DNA of 18,646 nucleotides. It comes from Ignisphaera sp. Its GTDB lineage: Archaea > Thermoproteota > Thermoprotei_A > Sulfolobales > Ignisphaeraceae. Below are positions 8,017-16,617 of the stretch, piece by piece (positions within the stretch are counted from its first letter, which is position 1; every line of letters begins with the position of its first letter). The stretch covers positions 1 to 18,646 of the forward strand of contig JAWBDT010000023.1 of NCBI GenBank assembly GCA_038821645.1. The letters are read 5' to 3'. A program made the position numbers and the translations under genes. Under the pieces are notes generated by a model. The model saw only the letters and a program-made list of their open reading frames with translations, did no database searches and had not been told where the DNA came from.

Positions 8017-8979
8017 ATGTCTGAAGCTATATTGAAGCTCGAGAATGTTACAAAAATATTTAGGTTAGGTCTTCTAGGTAAAACAACGATAAAGGCAGTT
8101 GATAGAGTTAATCTAGATATTATTAAAGGAGAGATCCTCGGTATACTAGGGGAATCAGGAAGCGGAAAATCAACAATAGCTAAGCTCCTTCTCAAAATAT
8201 ATGAACCTACATATGGTAGAATACTATTTAAAGGAAAAGATATAAGAATCTTCAAAGGGTCTAAAAAGCTTAAGGACTACTATATGCATGTGCAAGGTGT
8301 TTTTCAGGACCCATATGCAAGTTTTAATCCTAGGAGAAGAGTCCTCAGCACATTGATGGATACTGTGAAAAACTATTATCCAAAGTTGCTTAAAGAGGAT
8401 ATAGAGAAGGTAATAATGTCATCACTTGAGAAAGTAGGGCTCAATATCAGGGATGTTGTGGGTAGGTATCCTCACGAGTTTAGTGGAGGACAGTTACAGA
8501 GGTTATCGATTGCTAGAGCTCTTCTAGTAAATCCAGAGGTTATTATAGCTGATGAACCTGTATCAATGGTTGATGCCTCAACAAGAATAGATATATTGAA
8601 CATATTTATAGATCTAAAGGAGAGAGAGGGATTGACACTAGCTATAATAGGTCATGATCTTGGCTTAACTCGATATGTTAGTGATAGAGTTGTTGTACTC
8701 TATAGAGGTCAAGTAGTTGAGGAAGGTGTTGCAGAAATTCTTTCAGAACCTGCACATCCGTATACCAAAATGCTTGCTGAATCTATACCTAGAATAGATA
8801 AGAGATGGGAAAGCAAGATACAATATGGTGTAGGATCTATAGAACTAGGTGCTAAAGGTGTTGGATGTGTATTTGCTGATAGATGTCCATATAGACTCGA
8901 TATCTGTACCAAAAAAGAACCAGAGTATGTTGATATGGGTAAGAGTCGTGTGAAATGTTGGCTATACACATCAAAATGA
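8017..8979 (+). CDS. dppF: ABC transporter ATP-binding protein, DppF/OppF family
   Basis: GESGSGKS, FQDPYASFNP, FSGGQLQR, IIADEPVSMVD, HPYT...GCVFADRC...C...CW; SD GAGGTGA upstream. Confidence 0.95.
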   Translation: MSEAILKLENVTKIFRLGLLGKTTIKAVDRVNLDIIKGEILGILGESGSGKSTIAKLLLKIYEPTYGRILFKGKDIRIFKGSKKLKDYYMHVQGVFQDPYASFNPRRRVLSTLMDTVKNYYPKLLKEDIEKVIMSSLEKVGLNIRDVVGRYPHEFSGGQLQRLSIARALLVNPEVIIADEPVSMVDASTRIDILNIFIDLKEREGLTLAIIGHDLGLTRYVSDRVVVLYRGQVVEEGVAEILSEPAHPYTKMLAESIPRIDKRWESKIQYGVGSIELGAKGVGCVFADRCPYRLDICTKKEPEYVDMGKSRVKCWLYTSK

Positions 8980-9025
8980 TTATGCTTTATCATCTAACCA
9001 AATTATTTAAATCTTTTTAGAGATG

Positions 9026-10342
9026 CTACCCATTTACATCATGATGAACTGGTTTAACTTCGTAATTCTCCATATGGACTCCTAGCGGTATTCTTTCGTG
9101 TGGCCATACCTTTACATTAACTAGTTTACTGAAGGCACCTATGTGTGCATTATCTCCTATGTAGCTATTTATTAGTGTTACCCCTTTCTCTATATGGACA
9201 TGTCTCCCAATGATAGAGTTCATTATCTTTACATCGTCTTCTATAAAACTTCTATCCATTATAGCTGAACCAAGTATATGGCAACCAGACTTGATTATGC
9301 TATAGTTATCTATAACGGAATCCTCTATATAGACGTTATCACCTATATCGGTATGTCTACCTATTAGCGAAACACCTGAGAACTTTACAAGTCCTCTCCT
9401 ATATCTCTCAACTATATCTTTGTGAAGAACTTTAGAAGCTTGAGATTTACCTTGCATATATACTCCAGGAAGCTTTTCTTCGGCTTCCAATATTCTGTGA
9501 TCAGAATGATACAGCAGAAACTTCATTGCCTCGAGATATCTTTCGGGTGTACCTATGTCGAACCAATACCCATTCTTCATTACATATCCATAAACTCTGT
9601 AGCCAAGCTCTATAAGTTTCGGGATAATGTCTTTTCCGAAATCCATTCTACCTGTTTTAAGCATATCCATACCATGGACACTGTTAAAGAAATCTATTAC
9701 TGTGGGCTGGATCAAGTATATACCTGTATTAACGAGTTTACTAGGAGCTTCTTGAGGCTTTGGTTTCTCAACAAACTTTATGACTCTGTTATCGTTATCG
9801 AGTACAGCTACACCAAATTCACTAACATCTTCAACTTCTTTGAAGACTATAGTCATATCTGCTTCAACACTTTTATGAAATCTATACACATCACCTATAT
9901 TTAGCTTGAATAGATTATCACATTGAACAACTATGAAAGATTCCCTCAAATCGTAGTAATCTACGAGAATTCTTACAGCATCAGCATTACCGAGAGTTTC
10001 GTACCTAGGCATATACCTAATCCTAACATCATGATCTATGAAGGGATATCTAGTTCTTATCCAGTAACCTTCTTTAAAGTAGTCATAAACAGATTTATAG
10101 TTATAGTAGCCTCTAACACCTAGATAAATTTCTTCTATACCGTTCATGGCAAGCTCGAGAATAATCAATTCTAGAATTGGTTTATTAAGTATCCGTATCA
10201 AAGCTTTAGAAGTTCCTATAGATAGAGGCCTAAGTCTAACAGCTTCACCTCCTATAGGTATTACAGCTATCCGAAGACCATCATTAGCCAAAAAGGGATC
10301 CCCAGATATAATTAAGAACAACAGTTTATTAAATCTTTCCAA
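9026..10342 (-). CDS. NDP-sugar pyrophosphorylase, GlgC-like glucose-1-phosphate nucleotidyltransferase with C-terminal left-handed beta-helix
   Basis: IPIGGEAVRLRPLS..SKAL, LGNADAVR, FGV, FVEKP, NTGIY, MDFGKDIIP, YWFDIGT and hexapeptide repeats. The likely true start is TTG at 10291 (GGGGA SD and a TATA-like box upstream). Confidence 0.88.
   Translation of the reverse strand: MERFNKLLFLIISGDPFLANDGLRIAVIPIGGEAVRLRPLSIGTSKALIRILNKPILELIILELAMNGIEEIYLGVRGYYNYKSVYDYFKEGYWIRTRYPFIDHDVRIRYMPRYETLGNADAVRILVDYYDLRESFIVVQCDNLFKLNIGDVYRFHKSVEADMTIVFKEVEDVSEFGVAVLDNDNRVIKFVEKPKPQEAPSKLVNTGIYLIQPTVIDFFNSVHGMDMLKTGRMDFGKDIIPKLIELGYRVYGYVMKNGYWFDIGTPERYLEAMKFLLYHSDHRILEAEEKLPGVYMQGKSQASKVLHKDIVERYRRGLVKFSGVSLIGRHTDIGDNVYIEDSVIDNYSIIKSGCHILGSAIMDRSFIEDDVKIMNSIIGRHVHIEKGVTLINSYIGDNAHIGAFSKLVNVKVWPHERIPLGVHMENYEVKPVHHDVNG
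10326..10340 (-). promoter_or_regulatory. Putative BRE/TATA for the NDP-sugar pyrophosphorylase
   Basis: Minus strand GGAAAGA-TTTAATAA, about 35 nt upstream of TTG 10291. Confidence 0.45.
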
Positions 10343-10425
10343 TATCTAGACACTCAGCATTATTCTCCACTTTATTATACAGTTTATTATCCCTAGTCCA
10401 TTAATATTTTTCTGGGTCTAGAGAA

Positions 10426-12003
10426 GTGTATGCACCTATATCGATAAAAAAAGTATGGATGCTAAGCTTTGAGTATAGTGGTATAACAAAACTCGGTGGT
10501 TTAGGAGAAGCAGTAGCTCTAATGAGCACAGAGCTCGCTAATAGAGGATTTGAAGTAACTGTTGTAATGCCATCGCATGGCGTTTCTCCAAAGAACTTCA
10601 AGGAATTAGATATTGTGTGTAGAGGTGATAGATATGGTGTTGATGGCAATATTTATCCATATGATCTAGGTTTTCTAGAAGGTTATGTAGATAAGGTTAA
10701 GGTTATCCTAATCAGAGGAAGAGATAACCGTACATCTAGTGTTATAGATGTTTGGCCTCCCTATAGCTATGCTGATGAAAAAGCATGTCTTTTAGCTAGA
10801 GGTGCACTATGTTTAGCTCAGGCATTGGGTTATCCAGATATTGTTCATGTAAATGATTGGCATTCAGCTTTAGCAGGTGCTCTCCTAAAGAGTGTAGCTG
10901 AAGTCAATGGATATGCTCTACCCACACTTTATCAAATCCATCTCAGAGGGTCACCTTCATATCCATGGCATTACGCTTCTGAAGCATGGCTAGGTATACC
11001 GGATATTCTTCAACGTATATGGAGTGTACATAGACATGAGTTTCTCTCAACTAGATATTTGTGGGATAGTTGTTGGGGTAATATAGAGTGCTTCATGGTG
11101 AAGATAGCTGATGCCATAGCTACAGTAAGTAGATCTGAAGTAGATAGTCTTGCTCACGACTATGGTGAATGGATTAGAGGAAAGTGTTGCTATATATATA
11201 ACTCAACTTCATGGAGCATTAGAGAAGTGGAAGAGATAGCTAAAAGAGTGTACAGATCTATAGATAGGGTTGAGATTAGATGGAAAGTTGTTGAAGATGT
11301 GATTAACAAGACTCATCTATGGGGCTATATAGATCTAAAGGATGGCGATATACTTGTTGTATCATCTGGTAGATTGACATCTCAAAAAGGATTCGATACA
11401 CTTATCCATTCAGCTAGACATTTACCCCATTCTATAAAGATACTTATCCTCGGAAAAAGCGTAGGAGACTATGGATATGAAAACTATCTAAGAAGCCTAT
11501 TAGGCGATGTTTTAGGTAAAGTCGCAATAGTTTATGATGGACTGGATCTAGATATGTATAAGGTGCTTATTTATGTATCCCATCTATATGTTTTACCATC
11601 TAGATATGAGCCTTTCGGTATATCAGGTATAGAAGCTCTATCTATAGGAACACCTCTAGTTGTGTCTAATACTGGAGGACTTTCAGAATATGTTGGTGAT
11701 CTAAGGGCTACACCACTAGGTGTAGGTATCAAGGTCCCTTCTGGAGATGTCTATGAACTTGCTAAAGCTATTCAGAGTCTCGGCTACCTCATGTTTTATA
11801 GTGAAACAGGTCGAGGTCTCGAGAGTATAGTTTATAGAGAACTTAGAGATATAGTGTTGAGGGAACCTAGATATGGAGAGAAGATTAGGGAATTTTCGAT
11901 AAGCTATATAGATTCTTACTTCAGACCTAAACATACTGTAAATAGCTTGATATCATGTTACGAACTTGCACGTCGAATGGCTTACTATAGAGCTTGTACA
12001 TAG
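10426..12003 (+). CDS. glgA: Glycogen/starch synthase (GT5)
   Basis: TKLGGLGEA (KxGGL), VTVVMPSHG, PDIVHVNDWH, GRLTSQKG, LPSRYEPFGISGIEA, TGGL. Confidence 0.93.
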   Translation: MYAPISIKKVWMLSFEYSGITKLGGLGEAVALMSTELANRGFEVTVVMPSHGVSPKNFKELDIVCRGDRYGVDGNIYPYDLGFLEGYVDKVKVILIRGRDNRTSSVIDVWPPYSYADEKACLLARGALCLAQALGYPDIVHVNDWHSALAGALLKSVAEVNGYALPTLYQIHLRGSPSYPWHYASEAWLGIPDILQRIWSVHRHEFLSTRYLWDSCWGNIECFMVKIADAIATVSRSEVDSLAHDYGEWIRGKCCYIYNSTSWSIREVEEIAKRVYRSIDRVEIRWKVVEDVINKTHLWGYIDLKDGDILVVSSGRLTSQKGFDTLIHSARHLPHSIKILILGKSVGDYGYENYLRSLLGDVLGKVAIVYDGLDLDMYKVLIYVSHLYVLPSRYEPFGISGIEALSIGTPLVVSNTGGLSEYVGDLRATPLGVGIKVPSGDVYELAKAIQSLGYLMFYSETGRGLESIVYRELRDIVLREPRYGEKIREFSISYIDSYFRPKHTVNSLISCYELARRMAYYRACT

Positions 12004-12028
12004 AGTTTAAAATCGATATGGGTAAAGC

Positions 12029-12039
12029 TTTTTATTTTT
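12029..12039 (+). terminator. T-tract between glgA and glgP (possible terminator or promoter element)
   Basis: Part of GCTTTTTTATTTTTAG in the 87-bp gap after the glgA stop. Confidence 0.3.
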
Positions 12040-12090
12040 AGCCATAGCTAAGCATTTTCTCTAGGACATTAGCTCTAAAGGTAGCTTCCA

Positions 12091-13653
12091 TTGGTAGTGG
12101 TATCTGTAACACCTGAAATAGCTCTAGAGGAAATTAATTGTTATGCTGGTGGTCTAGGGGTACTTGAGGGAGATAAATTTATTGAGGCTTCTAAGAATGG
12201 ATTTAAATACTTTGTGCTAACGTTACTCTATAAAAAAGGTTATGTGGATTACTATATAACTGATGATGGAAACATCATAGCTAAACCACAGAAACATCCT
12301 ATAGATTTGACAAAGTTTATGAAAGCTGAAGAAGAATTCGTAATCAAGATTAGAGGAGAGAACGTCTATACACGTCCATGGATATACACAAAGGGTAGAG
12401 CTAAGGTAGTATTTTTTGAAGCAACATGTCCTTTGTGGTTGAGGCAAGCTACTGAGAGAGTATATATCGAGAAAGATGAGGAGAGTAGGATATATAAATG
12501 GATCTTCTTAGCTAAAGCTTCAGCAAAATACATCAAGGAATTCATAGGCCTAGATAGTGTAGATGTCATAGATCTTAATGAAGCATATGCATCACTTCTA
12601 GTATATGCATTACCAGAATACAAGAACTTTAGGCTTATAGTACATACACCAGGACCCTGGGGACATCCATACATATCTTCTCAAGTTCTTGAAGAAGAAT
12701 TTGGGGTAAAGATTAAACATGATAGTGAAATGATAACTAGACTAGCTCTTGAAAGAGTTTCAAAAGCTTATGCAGTATCGAGAAAACATTATGAAGTAAC
12801 AAAGATTCTTTTCCCTGAATTTGTACACAAGTTTAGTTATGTAACTAACGGTGTTAGTATAGATAGATGGAGACATCATGTAATCAGAGATCTTGTGGCA
12901 AGTAAAGGTCTAGAGAATATCTCTTCTGAAGATCTGTGGCGTACACATCTAAAGATCAAGAAAGAGCTGATCGAGGATCTTCTAAAGATCTATAAACCGG
13001 GGCTAGAAATTGATGAAACAATTCCTATAGCTGTTTGGTGTAGAAGGATCGTTAGATATAAGAGGCCTTACTTCATTACATGGTTTATAGAGGATATAGG
13101 TAGAGATCTAGATGTAGTCTTCGTTATAGGTGGAAAACCGCATCCAGATGATAGAGATGGTCTTCACTATACTAAAAAGTTTCTAGAGTTAAGTAAAAAA
13201 TACGATAATGTTGTATTTATACATGACTACGACATATCTAAAGCTAAGCTTTTGCTAAGTGGATGCGATATACATCTCTTCACCCCGTTCCCTGGATGGG
13301 AAGCCTGTGGCACAAGCTACATGAAGGCAGCTCTAAATGGTGTTCCAACACTTAGTTCAAGAGATGGTGGAGCCCTAGAATTTATTGTTGATGGAGTAAA
13401 TGGTTGGTTCTTTGGCTCAGAAATCAATGAATTCATAAACATTTACAGCGATACAAGAGTAAACGATATCGATAAAGTTGAGTATGAGGAGTTTAGTGAA
13501 AAATTGGTAGATATTTTAAAGAGCTATGGTTCTATTAAATACAAAGAGATAGCTCTTAACGTATTGAAAACTTCTGAGAGATTTAGTATCAAGAGAGTTC
13601 TCTCTGAACTCTATAAACCTATTAATGAAAACAATGGCTCTGTATCTGGGTAA
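12091..13653 (+). CDS. glgP: Alpha-glucan (glycogen/maltodextrin) phosphorylase, GT35, short crenarchaeal type
   Basis: YAGGLGVLEGD, LNE, HTPGPWGH, VTNGV, RRIVRYKRP, GKPHP, PLP-site EACGTSYMKAALNG, SRDGG; 520 aa. Confidence 0.92.
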   Translation: MVVVSVTPEIALEEINCYAGGLGVLEGDKFIEASKNGFKYFVLTLLYKKGYVDYYITDDGNIIAKPQKHPIDLTKFMKAEEEFVIKIRGENVYTRPWIYTKGRAKVVFFEATCPLWLRQATERVYIEKDEESRIYKWIFLAKASAKYIKEFIGLDSVDVIDLNEAYASLLVYALPEYKNFRLIVHTPGPWGHPYISSQVLEEEFGVKIKHDSEMITRLALERVSKAYAVSRKHYEVTKILFPEFVHKFSYVTNGVSIDRWRHHVIRDLVASKGLENISSEDLWRTHLKIKKELIEDLLKIYKPGLEIDETIPIAVWCRRIVRYKRPYFITWFIEDIGRDLDVVFVIGGKPHPDDRDGLHYTKKFLELSKKYDNVVFIHDYDISKAKLLLSGCDIHLFTPFPGWEACGTSYMKAALNGVPTLSSRDGGALEFIVDGVNGWFFGSEINEFINIYSDTRVNDIDKVEYEEFSEKLVDILKSYGSIKYKEIALNVLKTSERFSIKRVLSELYKPINENNGSVSG

Positions 13654-15070
13654 GCATGTGGAGATAGATCTAAATGAACTAGGTAAGTGGTTAAAGAGAG
13701 CAAGATGGTGGCCTAAGGATAGAGAGGTAGTCTCTATCCTGGATCACGAATTCTATAGAGATGGAGAGTACCTCATTCTACTAATTGTTGATGATAATGG
13801 GTATAGGTATTTTGTTCCACTAAAGAAGGTGAATAAAGATATCTATGTCTCTGTATCTCTGGAGATCAATGGAGATATCTATGTTGAAGCAGATCTTGTA
13901 GAACCTTTTCTATTGAGAGCTAGAAACATTATCGATTGCGAACATCTCTATATTTTACCGAAGTGTTTATTCGATAAAGTAGAGCTAGTGACAGATTCAT
14001 CAAATGTTGTTACAATAGCTTTATCAGATAAAGAAGAATGCAGAATTGTTGTGAAGAGCTATAGATTAGTTTCTACAGATAGAATCGAGTTGAAGATAGC
14101 TAGATACTTGATGGCTAAAGGTTTTAGATATATACCCAAGATATATTCTGTATGCAGGTATAGAGGCTACACCATAGGGTTATCTCTAGAGTATGTTGAG
14201 GGAGTTAATGGAGGACTACCATTCTATGAATCTCTTCTAAATCTCTTAAGAAGAGGTATAGAGAGCAACATACATGATCTAGACTATTCTGTAGGGAGAA
14301 CTGTTGCAGAACTACATAAAGTGTTTGCATTAAGTGATGATGCCTTCTTCTCTTCAGAACTTTTTACTATTGAAGATACTGAATTATGGGGGAAAAGACT
14401 TGAAGAGATAGCGAATAGGCTTCTACATAATCTAGATACACTACATACTGAAGATCGTATAGATGGTTTTTGGATTGAGGCTATAGATAAAAGAGTCCCT
14501 GTATGGATAGAAAGAGCGTTTAATGCTTTTGTAATATTTAGTGAAACTAAGAAGATATTATGTCATAGTGATCTACATCTAGGTCAAATGGTTTACTCAA
14601 GTGATAGAGGATTCACTATAGTTGACTTCGAAGGCGAGCCTTTATTTCTGTCTAGAGATAGGTATCTAAAGTCTCACGGTTTTAGGGATATAGCTTCACT
14701 TATTCGGAGCCTAGACTACATACTTTTTGCAGGAGTAAAGGAGGTCTATGGAATGGATATAGATTCTATTGCAAAAAAGTTTGCTAAATATGGATGGGGT
14801 GAAGCAAGGAAATGGAGAGATGCTCATGCTTCATCTATAGTGATGAGCTATATCCATAATCTTGCTAGAGAATCTCTTCTAGAAATTGTGTTAGGCTTTA
14901 GATCTATACCTAGAGATCTATATAGATACATCACTCCATGGTATATCTATAGAGTTTTTTATGAAGCACTATACGAATCTATATATAGACCCCATAATCT
15001 GCCGATACCGCTTCACGTACTTATATGGGATCCTGAGGATATAGTTATGGGTATAGGTGGTGGGATTTGA
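13625..15070 (+). CDS. Maltokinase-like (Mak/Pep2) aminoglycoside-phosphotransferase-fold sugar kinase
   Basis: N-terminal WL..ARWW, DSSN (cf. EQSN), VVKSYR, AELH, CHSDLHLGQM, VDFEGEP, RDIASLIRSLDY, YEALYE..YRP. Overlaps the glgP 3' end; the start may be ATG 13634. Confidence 0.8.
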   Translation: MKTMALYLGKHVEIDLNELGKWLKRARWWPKDREVVSILDHEFYRDGEYLILLIVDDNGYRYFVPLKKVNKDIYVSVSLEINGDIYVEADLVEPFLLRARNIIDCEHLYILPKCLFDKVELVTDSSNVVTIALSDKEECRIVVKSYRLVSTDRIELKIARYLMAKGFRYIPKIYSVCRYRGYTIGLSLEYVEGVNGGLPFYESLLNLLRRGIESNIHDLDYSVGRTVAELHKVFALSDDAFFSSELFTIEDTELWGKRLEEIANRLLHNLDTLHTEDRIDGFWIEAIDKRVPVWIERAFNAFVIFSETKKILCHSDLHLGQMVYSSDRGFTIVDFEGEPLFLSRDRYLKSHGFRDIASLIRSLDYILFAGVKEVYGMDIDSIAKKFAKYGWGEARKWRDAHASSIVMSYIHNLARESLLEIVLGFRSIPRDLYRYITPWYIYRVFYEALYESIYRPHNLPIPLHVLIWDPEDIVMGIGGGI

Positions 15071-16617
15071 AGGATATAGTCATGTTTTTTGAGGTTCATC
15101 AACCATATAGACTTGATAGAAGGATGCACGAAAAATTGATTAAGAAGGCGATCAAAGGATCATTAGATCCTAGAGATATAGAAGATGCTCTATTTGATCA
15201 AGATCTCAATAGACTTGTTATAGAGAGAGCTGCTAGAAAGTGCTACATACCTGCAACATCTATTATAGCTGAGAACATTAGGAGGTTTATGGGTAGCGAT
15301 AGAAAGTTTATGGTGTCTTTCGGTATATCTGGTGTATTCATTGAGCAAGCTCTTCGTTGGGTACCTAAAGTTGTAGATCTTTTTGTAGATCTTGTTGCAA
15401 CAGGATTAGTGGAGCTTGTTGCTCAAACTTATTACCATAGCCTAGCATTCTTGATACCTCCACACTACAAAGAGCTAGAGGATCAGATAAAGAGTCATCT
15501 AAAGATTCTTGAAGATATTTTTGGTGTTAAACCTGTTTCTGTTGAGAATACAGAGTTTATATACAATAACGATCTCGCTTGTAAGCTCTACTCAATGGGT
15601 TTTAAGGTGATTCTTACTGAAGGTGTTGAGTGGATTCTTGGCTGGAGAAGCCCTAATTTTGTTTATAGAGGATATCTATGCGATATAAGGGTTCTAACGA
15701 GAAACTATAGACTTAGCGACGATATTGGGTTTAGATTCAGTAACAATAAGTGGGATCAATATCCATTGACAGCTGATAAATATGCCTTATGGCTAGCCGT
15801 TACACCTGGTGATGTAGTAGTTTTGGCAATGGACTACGAAACCTTTGGTGAACACCACTGGCCTGAATCAGGTATACATGAATTCCTAAGGTATCTTCCC
15901 CAAGAGGTTTTGAAGCATAGTCATCTACGTTTCTCTACACCATCTAGAGCAGCATTTGCACATGATACAGTTGATGTATATGATGTACCTCCGTGGGTAA
16001 CTATTAGCTGGGCTGATGAAAGGGATCTGAGTGCATGGCTTGGAAACTATATACAGAAAAATTCATTCTCTATGCTTCTAGAGCTCAAGAGATACATCGA
16101 CGCTATTGATGATCCCTATCTAACACGTATATGGAGGCTTTTAACAATAAGCGACCACTTCTATTATATGGCTACAAAATTTGGCTCTATGGAAGAAGTT
16201 CATCAATACTTCAGTCCCTACAAGAATGCTGTTGATGCATATGTTCTTTATGCACAAGCTATATCAATACTATTCTACATTATTGCTGAAAAAGCTAGAG
16301 AAAATCCATCGAAGATGCTTAAGAACCTTGTGCTACCACCTGAAAAAGCATTCTATTTCAAATGTTTCGATCTCGAATCTCTAAACATTTCTGCAGCATC
16401 TGTTAAAGAATTCCTATGGATCTCTAGATCTCTGCCTAGTGAATGTATTGTATATCACCTTAATAGAGGCGATATACAGAAATGGTTTAGAGAGATCTAT
16501 ATGGTAGATGATATAGCTAATGCTCTAGACGAGATAGCTAGATCTGATGCTTCTGCTGATGAAAAGAAAAACCTTATGATAAAGGTTATCGAGAATTTTT
16601 TGGGGGAGAGGCGATGA
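15067..16617 (+). CDS. GH57 alpha-amylase (MJ1611-like) with C-terminal DUF5752-like domain
   Basis: FEVHQPYRL, QTYYHSL, nucleophile ENTEFIY, LSDDIGFRFS, acid/base MDYETFGEH, SWAD, SDHFYYM. TTGA overlap with the kinase gene; SD GGTGGTGG. Confidence 0.9.
   Translation: MKDIVMFFEVHQPYRLDRRMHEKLIKKAIKGSLDPRDIEDALFDQDLNRLVIERAARKCYIPATSIIAENIRRFMGSDRKFMVSFGISGVFIEQALRWVPKVVDLFVDLVATGLVELVAQTYYHSLAFLIPPHYKELEDQIKSHLKILEDIFGVKPVSVENTEFIYNNDLACKLYSMGFKVILTEGVEWILGWRSPNFVYRGYLCDIRVLTRNYRLSDDIGFRFSNNKWDQYPLTADKYALWLAVTPGDVVVLAMDYETFGEHHWPESGIHEFLRYLPQEVLKHSHLRFSTPSRAAFAHDTVDVYDVPPWVTISWADERDLSAWLGNYIQKNSFSMLLELKRYIDAIDDPYLTRIWRLLTISDHFYYMATKFGSMEEVHQYFSPYKNAVDAYVLYAQAISILFYIIAEKARENPSKMLKNLVLPPEKAFYFKCFDLESLNISAASVKEFLWISRSLPSECIVYHLNRGDIQKWFREIYMVDDIANALDEIARSDASADEKKNLMIKVIENFLGERR

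Noticed and set aside
9422-9904. 160-aa plus-strand ORF
   Set aside because: Entirely antisense to the well-supported nucleotidyltransferase, with no recognisable motifs; shadow ORF.
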